A stretch of DNA of 32,000 nucleotides from Sinorhizobium meliloti (GTDB lineage: Bacteria; Pseudomonadota; Alphaproteobacteria; Rhizobiales; Rhizobiaceae): NCBI RefSeq assembly GCF_017876815.1, contig NZ_JAGIOS010000001.1, positions 60,001-92,000 on the forward strand, written 5' to 3'. Position numbers and translations under genes: made by a program. The notes under the pieces were generated by a model. That model made no database searches, was not told the origin of the DNA, and saw only the letters and a list, made by a program, of their open reading frames with translations. Numbering within the stretch: the first letter of the stretch is position 1; each line of letters opens with the position of its first letter. Of this stretch, positions 26,000 through 32,000 are shown one piece after another.

Positions 26000-27598
26000 T
26001 CATGCCGGCTCGCTCTCGGCCACTTCCGCGGCCAGACGCTCCGCCTGGGCGAGCGTCAGGTAGGTCCGGCGCCGCCATTCCGGCCGCTCGTCCGGGCAAT
26101 CGGCCCGAAAATGACCGCCGCGGCTTTCCGTGCGCTGGAGCGCGGCGATCGCGATGAGCTTGGCCGTGGTAGCGATATTGGCGAAGCGCAGGCGCTTGTT
26201 CGTCCGCTCGAGTTCCGCAATCCCCCGGATCGCGCGGGTCAGGCTTTCGCGCGTACGCACGACCCCGACGCAGTCGCTCATCAATTGCCGCAGCACCTTG
26301 AAAGGCGGGCTGTCCTCGACCGTCACGGGATCGTCGTTCTCGCCGGCATTGTCGCCCCATGCGGTCAGCTTCGGGGCCGGCAAGCTGCCCTTGATATTTT
26401 CCGCGATCCGCGCCGCGAAGACGACCGCCTCCAGCAGCGAATTCGAGGCAAGGCGGTTCGCGCCGTGAACGCCGGTCGATGTCACTTCGCCCGCCGCCCA
26501 TAGGCCGTCGATGGAGGTCCGCCCTTCCCCGTCCGTCAGCACGCCGCCCATGTGGTAGTGCACGGCAGGCGTGACGGGGATCGGCTGCCTCACCGGATCG
26601 ATGCCCGCTGCCATGCACGAGGCGTAGACGGTCGGGAACATCTCGGGGAAATGCCTGCCGACGGCCTTTGTGCAATCGAGGAAGGCGCCGCGTCCGGCTT
26701 GAACCTCCGCAAAGACGCCACGCGAAACGATATCGCGCGGCGCGAGCTCTCCATCGGGATGGATGTCGAGCATGAAACGGCGGCCTTCCGAGTTGATCAG
26801 GGTGGCGCCATCGCCGCGCAACGCCTCGGTCGCAAGCGGCGCCGGGTCCTTGCCGATGTCTATCGCGGTCGGATGAAACTGGACGAACTCGGGATCGGCA
26901 ATGATGGCGCCCGCCCGCGCCGCCATGCCGACGCCCTGGCCGCATGCTTCCCATGGATTGGTGGTGACGGCATAGAGATGGCCGACGCCGCCCGAGCAAA
27001 GAACGACGGCGCGGGCCGGGAAGGAAACGCGGCTCTTCGACTGGCCGGCATCCGGCCGCGCGATCACGCCGGAGATGAACCGGCCCTCGCGCACCAGTTC
27101 CTCGACCACATAGCCCTCGATCACCCGGATCGACGGGGTATTGCGCACCGCGGCAATCAGCGCCTCCATGATCGACTTGCCGGCCATGTCGCCCTTGACG
27201 CGGACGATGCGCCGCTCGGAATGCGCGGCTTCCCGCGAAAGCAGGAGCTTTCCCTCAAGGTCGCGGTCGAAGGGAACCCCGAATTCGAGCAGGTCGTGGA
27301 TGCGGGCCGGGCCCTCTGCGACCATCATGCGCGTCATCTTCTCGTCGACGATACCGGCACCGGCCGCGACGGTGTCTGCGACATGCTTCTCGAATGTATC
27401 GCCCTTGCTCATCGCCGCGGCGATCCCGCCTTGCGCCCAGGCCGAGGAGGCGCCGTAGCCGATCGGCGCGGCGGCAAGGATCGTGACGGGACGCGGCGCC
27501 AGTTTCAGCGCGCAGAAAAGCCCGGCAAGGCCGCCGCCGACGATGACGATGTCATCGATCCCGTTGAAGGACTGCGGGCGGAAATGGTCGGTCAGCAT
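26000..27598 (-). CDS. nadB: L-aspartate oxidase
   Basis: 532 aa with the FAD-binding GGGLAGL N-terminus and a succinate dehydrogenase/fumarate reductase-like flavoprotein core ([19 protein letters not shown]). Confidence 0.9.
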
Positions 27599-27647
27599 GG
27601 CTCGATAACTCCTCCACGGGCCTGCACGGGGTTTGCCCCGGCATTGA

Positions 27648-28727
27648 TCACTGCTTGAGGTTCACCATGCGCTCGACCGCCAGCCGCGCGCGGTCGGCGA
27701 TCGCCGGATCGACCAGAACCTCTTCCGTCATGTTAAGCAGGCTGTCGAGTATCTTCGGCAGCGTGATGCGCTTCATGTGCGGACACAGGTTGCACGGCTT
27801 GACGAAATCGACCCCCTTGACCTCCGCCTGGATATTCGACGCCATCGAGCATTCCGTCACCAGCAGCACCCGCTGCGGCCGCTTGTCCTTGACGTAATTG
27901 ATCATGCCCGAGGTCGAACCGGAGAAATCGCAGACGGCGATGACGTCGGGGTGGCATTCCGGATGGCCGACGATCTCGATGCCGGGATTGGCTTCCTTGT
28001 AAGCCAGGAGTTCGGCTGCCGTGAACCGCTCGTGCACCTCGCAATGACCTTTCCAGGTCAGGATCTTCTTGTTCGTCTGACGCGCCACGTTCATCGCCAG
28101 ATACTCGTCCGGGATGCAGAGCACGGTGTCGGACTCGAGGCTTTCGACCACCGCCAGCACGTTGGAGGACGTGCAGCAGATGTCGGTCTCCGCCTTCACG
28201 TCGGCCGAGGTGTTGACATAGGTGACGACCGGCACGCCCGGATAGCGTTCCCTGAGGAGCCGCACATCCGCTCCGGTGATCGACTCCGAAAGCGAGCAAC
28301 CTGCTTTCGCATCCGGAATGAGCACCGTTTTTTCCGGATTGAGCAACTTTGAGGTCTCGGCCATGAAGTGCACGCCGCACTGGATGATGATCTCCGCGTC
28401 GACCTTGGTGGCGTCGCGCGCAAGCTGGAGCGAATCGCCGACGATGTCCGCCACGCAGTGAAAGATGTCCGGCGTCTGATAATTGTGGGCCAGGATGACC
28501 GCGTTACGTTCCTTCTTCAGCCGGTTGATCGCATGAACGTAGGGCGCATAAGCCGCCCACTCGAACGCAGGAATGAAGTCCTTTACCTTTTCGTAAAGGT
28601 GCTCGGTCTCGCGCGCGACAGCCGGGGTAAAGGCGAGATCCGGTTTCTCGATGACGCCGAAGCGTGCCGCAGCGCTCACGAAGGCCGGAGGGGGCGCCGC
28701 TTCCTTGCGAAGGTCAAGAGTGGTCAT
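27648..28727 (-). CDS. nadA: Quinolinate synthase
   Basis: 359 aa from MTTLDLRKE, with a strong GGAGAGGAGAG RBS. Conserved ILAHNYQ, GDSLQLA, VHFMAE and CSMA-type segments are present. The track ORF begins 10 codons earlier. Confidence 0.9.
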
Positions 28728-28764
28728 CGGGCTCTCCTCTCCCGCCGTTTCCGGCAAATTTTAA

Positions 28765-28785
28765 TTATGCTCAACCTGAGCATAA
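28765..28785. promoter_or_regulatory. Perfect inverted repeat TTATGCTCA-N3-TGAGCATAA upstream of nadA (candidate NadQ operator)
   Basis: 9-N3-9 perfect palindrome 38-58 nt upstream of the nadA ATG, in an AT-rich promoter-like stretch (aaattttaattatgc...). Confidence 0.55.
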
Positions 28786-28867
28786 ATAGGTCAAAACAAA
28801 AGCGGCTGAGCCGCCGGAACTGATTTAGAAAGTTTTGTGACAGATTTCAAGCGTGCAGGACGGAAAC

Positions 28868-28894
28868 GATGCGCCCGCATATCGCGGGCGCATC
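28868..28894 (-). terminator. Terminator hairpin downstream of the MFS transporter gene
   Basis: 11-bp perfect GC-rich stem gatgcgcccgc / gcgggcgcatc with a 5-nt loop, 16 nt after the MFS stop. A short U-containing tail (guuucc) follows on the minus strand. Confidence 0.45.
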
Positions 28895-28909
28895 ACAACA
28901 TTTTATCGA

Positions 28910-30148
28910 TCAGGCAATTGCCGGGCGGGCGACGGCACGCTCTTCGATCGGCCAGTGCACGATGGCCGCGAACACTCCGAGGGCCACGCCCACCCACCAG
29001 ACCGGATCGTAGGAGCCGAAATGGTCATAGAGATAGCCACCCATCCATACGCCGAGAAATGAACCGATCTGGTGCGACAGGAACACGATGCCGCCGAGCA
29101 GGCCGAGATGCCGCGTTCCGAACATGATCGCCACCAGCCCGTTGGTCGGCGGCACCGTCGAGAGCCACAGGAGGCCCATGACGACCGCGAAGACGATGAC
29201 CGAGGTCGGCGTTTGCGGCAGCAGCAGGAAGGCCGAGACGACGACTGAACGGGCCAGATAGATCAGCGCCAGGAAATAGGGTTTCGAATAACGCTGGCCG
29301 ATGATGCCGGCCGAGAACGAGCCGATGATGTTGAAGAAGCCGATCAATGCCAGCGCGATCACCGCATAGCGGGCGTCGATTCCGATATCGCCGATATAGG
29401 CCGGGAAATGCGCGGTGATGAAAGCGACCTGATAGCCGCAGACGAAGAAACCCGAGACGAGCAGAAGATAGCTCTTGTGCCCGAGTGCTTCCTTGAGCGC
29501 TTCCCCGACTGTCTGCTTGAACAATGCCTCCGACTGGCGCCCGGAAGAGGCATTGCCGCGCAGCGGAATCGCAAAGAGCGGAACGAGCAGCATCAGGAGG
29601 CCGAGATAGACGAGACTGTCGGACCAGCCATAGGCGGAGATGAGGCCCTGGCTCAGCGGCGCGAAGAGGAACATGCCGGCCGAGCCGGCGGCGGTGCCTA
29701 TGCCGAAGGCGAGCGAGCGCTGCTCGGGCGCGACGTTGCGGGCAAAGGCGGAAAGCACGATGCCGAAGGAACCGGACGCAACGCCCAGACCGACCAGGAC
29801 GCCGCCGCCGATATGCAGCCATATCGGCGCATCCGCGAAGGCCATAAGGATCAGTCCCGCGGCGTAGACGAGGCCGGAGAGCGCGAGCACGCGCCATGTG
29901 CCGAACTTGTCGGCGATCGCGCCGAAGAACGGTTGGCCTAGACCCCAACAGAGATTTTGAAACGCCATTGCCAGGCCGAAGGTCGTCCGGTCCCAACCCT
30001 TCTCGGCAAGCATCGGCAGCTGGAAGAACCCCATCGCGGAGCGCGGACCGAAAGTCAACATGGCGATGATGGAGCCGGCGACGATGATGAGCCACGGCAG
30101 GCCGCTGCGCTCGACCGGGCGGCTGACTGCAGAAGAAACAGCGGACAT
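28910..30148 (-). CDS. MFS transporter
   Basis: 412 aa from MSAVSSAVSRPVERSGLPWLIIVAGS, with AGGAG 8 nt upstream. 12-TM pattern typical of the major facilitator superfamily. Confidence 0.8.
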   Translation of the reverse strand: MSAVSSAVSRPVERSGLPWLIIVAGSIIAMLTFGPRSAMGFFQLPMLAEKGWDRTTFGLAMAFQNLCWGLGQPFFGAIADKFGTWRVLALSGLVYAAGLILMAFADAPIWLHIGGGVLVGLGVASGSFGIVLSAFARNVAPEQRSLAFGIGTAAGSAGMFLFAPLSQGLISAYGWSDSLVYLGLLMLLVPLFAIPLRGNASSGRQSEALFKQTVGEALKEALGHKSYLLLVSGFFVCGYQVAFITAHFPAYIGDIGIDARYAVIALALIGFFNIIGSFSAGIIGQRYSKPYFLALIYLARSVVVSAFLLLPQTPTSVIVFAVVMGLLWLSTVPPTNGLVAIMFGTRHLGLLGGIVFLSHQIGSFLGVWMGGYLYDHFGSYDPVWWVGVALGVFAAIVHWPIEERAVARPAIA

Positions 30149-30275
30149 GGGCAAGCTCCTGATGATGAGGGGCCATCCTATGGCGGCGCCCGCCTTGGGG
30201 GAAGCCAATTAAATTGACGATGCGATCACAGGAATTGATGCGCCGGCCGCAAGCGCAGGTTCCTGCGGATGCGTC

Positions 30276-31127
30276 TCAGCCGGCGGAACGCACCTTCATC
30301 GGCCAACGCTCATCGCGACGGCGCACGACCTCGACCGCGTCGCCTAGCCTCAGGATACCCTCGCCTCTAGGCACGGCGTTCCAGCCGAAGAGCACGCCGG
30401 GAACGCGCCGGTCGGCAGACATGCGCTTTTCCGAAAGACCCTGGATCGGGTTGCCGCCGATGCGCTCGCCGGTCGTCTGATCCTGCGTGGTCATGATGCA
30501 ACGGGCACAGGGCTTGACGAGATCGAAGGCGATGCCGGCGATCACGATGCTCTCCCAAAGATCTTCAGCCCAAGGCTCATCGCAATCGATAAGGATATTG
30601 GTGCGGAAGCGCTCCATGCCGACCGGTTCCTGCCCCTTCTCGGCCAGCGTGCAGTTGAGATCGGCGAGCGAGCCCGTCGTCGTGACGAGAATCGGAAAGC
30701 CGTCGGCGAATGCGACGGGGGCTGCCGCTCCTGCCCATTCCGCGCCGACGAAGCGCTCGGCCTCAGCGTCCATGTGGACGAGCTTGACCGGGCGGCCGAA
30801 CCAGCCGGACAGCACGTCGTTTGCAGCACCTCCGGCGACCGCCGCATTGACGTCGCTCGACCAGACCCGGACATCGAGGCGGTCATCCGGGTCGAAGCGA
30901 ACGGAGAGCTCCTCGCCGTTCATCCTGAGGTGCACGCCGCCATCGACATGTTCCGCCTCGACCCGCGCCAGCGCCTGCAAATCGCGTTGAGTGATGAAGT
31001 GCCCATCGGGTGCAACCAGCATGAAGCGCCGGTCGCCGGCCAGCCCGTCGAGATTGACCGTCACGGCCGTCTGCGGCACCGCGCGGCCGCTCTTCAGGGG
31101 ATGGATGTTGAGGCCGGTCACGTGCAT
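30276..31127 (-). CDS. MOSC domain-containing protein (YcbX-like, with N-terminal MOSC beta-barrel)
   Basis: 283 aa. N-terminus LNIHPLKSGRAV...GLAGDRRFMLV. C-terminal MOSC core with CARCIMTTQDQTTGE (conserved Cys). Confidence 0.8.
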   Translation of the reverse strand: MHVTGLNIHPLKSGRAVPQTAVTVNLDGLAGDRRFMLVAPDGHFITQRDLQALARVEAEHVDGGVHLRMNGEELSVRFDPDDRLDVRVWSSDVNAAVAGGAANDVLSGWFGRPVKLVHMDAEAERFVGAEWAGAAAPVAFADGFPILVTTTGSLADLNCTLAEKGQEPVGMERFRTNILIDCDEPWAEDLWESIVIAGIAFDLVKPCARCIMTTQDQTTGERIGGNPIQGLSEKRMSADRRVPGVLFGWNAVPRGEGILRLGDAVEVVRRRDERWPMKVRSAG

Positions 31128-31205
31128 GGCGATCTTCCGAGTTCAGAAAATGATTCCGGCCGCTCCCAATCTGATTCACCAGTCGGCGCCAACCGATTGA
31201 AGCTT

Positions 31206-31862
31206 TTAGATTTCGTCCAGCAGCATGGCAAGCACGCTGCGGAGCCGCGCCTGCCGTTCAAGGGCGAGCCGCCGCCCCGCGGCAGTCTGAAAACCGTCGG
31301 CGAGGCGAAAAAGCTTCGTCTCGAAATGGTCGATTGCGAAAGCCTTGTCGTCGAGCGCCCGGCTTTCTGCCAGCGGGTCGAGCGGATCGTAGAGGGCGCT
31401 GCTCATGCGCCCGGCGATGTAGAAGCAACGCGCGGCGCCGACCATGCCGATCGCATCGAGGCGATCCGCGTCCTGGAGAATTCTGGCCTCCAGCGTTTCC
31501 GGCGCGAGATTGGCCGAAAAGCTGTGGGTCAGAATGGCGTGCGCGACGGATGAAATATCGGCCGCGCTCCAGCCGAGGCCATTGAGGATCGCCGACGCCT
31601 TTTCGGCCGCCAGCCGCGACGCTTCCGCCCGCAACGGCGAATTCTTTTCGACGGAAACGCAGTCATGCAGCAGCACGGCAGCGGCGAGCCGGCGCGTGTC
31701 GCCGCCCTCCTCCGCCTGGATGCGAAGAGCGTTCTTCCAGACGCGGATGAGGTGTGACGCATCGTGCGAGCCGTCATCGGCGGCAAAGGCATGCGGAAGG
31801 AGTTCGCCGGCGAGTTCGGCGTGAGGAGCGAATGGGGCTGCCAGCCCGGAAAACCGGGTCAT
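31206..31862 (-). CDS. HD domain-containing metal-dependent phosphohydrolase
   Basis: 218 aa with HDASH...LLHD motifs. The ATG overlaps the stop of the upstream partial gene (ATGA). Confidence 0.75.
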   Translation of the reverse strand: MTRFSGLAAPFAPHAELAGELLPHAFAADDGSHDASHLIRVWKNALRIQAEEGGDTRRLAAAVLLHDCVSVEKNSPLRAEASRLAAEKASAILNGLGWSAADISSVAHAILTHSFSANLAPETLEARILQDADRLDAIGMVGAARCFYIAGRMSSALYDPLDPLAESRALDDKAFAIDHFETKLFRLADGFQTAAGRRLALERQARLRSVLAMLLDEI

Positions 31863-32000
31863 GCGCGGCGGGCCCCTTCACCCGCGTTGCCGGCGCTGCC
31901 CGACAATATCTTCTGGTAGAAGCGCCCGATGCCTATCAGCACGGCCCCAAGGCCGATGAAGGACAGCGCCCGCAGGAAGCCTTCGAGATTGGACATGTCG
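31859..32000 (-). CDS. 3' end of a membrane protein gene (partial; C-terminus resembles DUF2339-type proteins)
   Basis: Hand translation gives ...MSNLEGFLRALSFIGLGAVLIGIGRFYQKILSGSAGNAGEGARRA*. A hydrophobic helix is followed by a GxGxxYQ-like tail. Truncated by the window edge. Confidence 0.4.
   Translation of the reverse strand, partial: DMSNLEGFLRALSFIGLGAVLIGIGRFYQKILSGSAGNAGEGARRA

Overview
High-GC alphaproteobacterial chromosome segment. Spot counts of single 60-nt lines give about 65% G+C. Gene content and order look Rhizobiaceae-like, closest to Sinorhizobium/Ensifer; this is inferred from recognised protein families, not from a search. Most of the window is housekeeping. In order it holds pssA-psd, an Atm1-like ABC exporter, a LysM envelope protein, a LOG-family gene, rarD and cimA. 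Next come pip, three tandem translationally coupled GFA paralogues, cysS, an SRAP peptidase, a Nudix gene and a TIGR02301-like gene. These are followed by ygfZ, an HD hydrolase, a CX5R phosphatase-like gene, the Nudix-like NAD regulator nadQ, sodC, nadC-nadB-nadA, an MFS transporter, a MOSC protein and another HD protein. Many long ORFs in the supplied track are antisense shadow ORFs typical of high-GC DNA and are rejected.

The clear outlier is a roughly 4.3 kb low-GC islet at about 19.93-24.3 kb, wedged between nadQ and sodC-nadCBA, with no integrase, tRNA or IS. On the minus strand it encodes a type I secretion ABC exporter, an HlyD-family adaptor and an HlyC-type (RTX-toxin-activating) acyltransferase. 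The exporter has a HlyB-like membrane domain, but its reading frame is closed upstream, so it cannot carry a C39 or C39-like N-terminal domain. Divergently, on the plus strand, the islet encodes a 41-aa hydrophobic mini-ORF (candidate immunity protein) directly followed by a 92-aa, roughly 38% glycine protein. That protein has 11 glycines in a perfect i,i+4 register (ten consecutive GxxxG units), no signal peptide and no lysine.

I read this as a Cdz-like glycine-zipper bacteriocin/T1SS module that has recruited a toxin-activating acyltransferase. Its usual acceptor residue (internal Lys) is absent from the apparent cargo. This combination is the most likely novel system in the window.

Other points worth a look are a perfect 9-N3-9 palindrome upstream of nadA (candidate NadQ operator) and the GFA x3-pip overlapping-codon array. 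The SRAP protein ends in a beta-clamp-like QMSLF motif, and there is a RIME/REP-like palindromic repeat with a second copy at the window edge.
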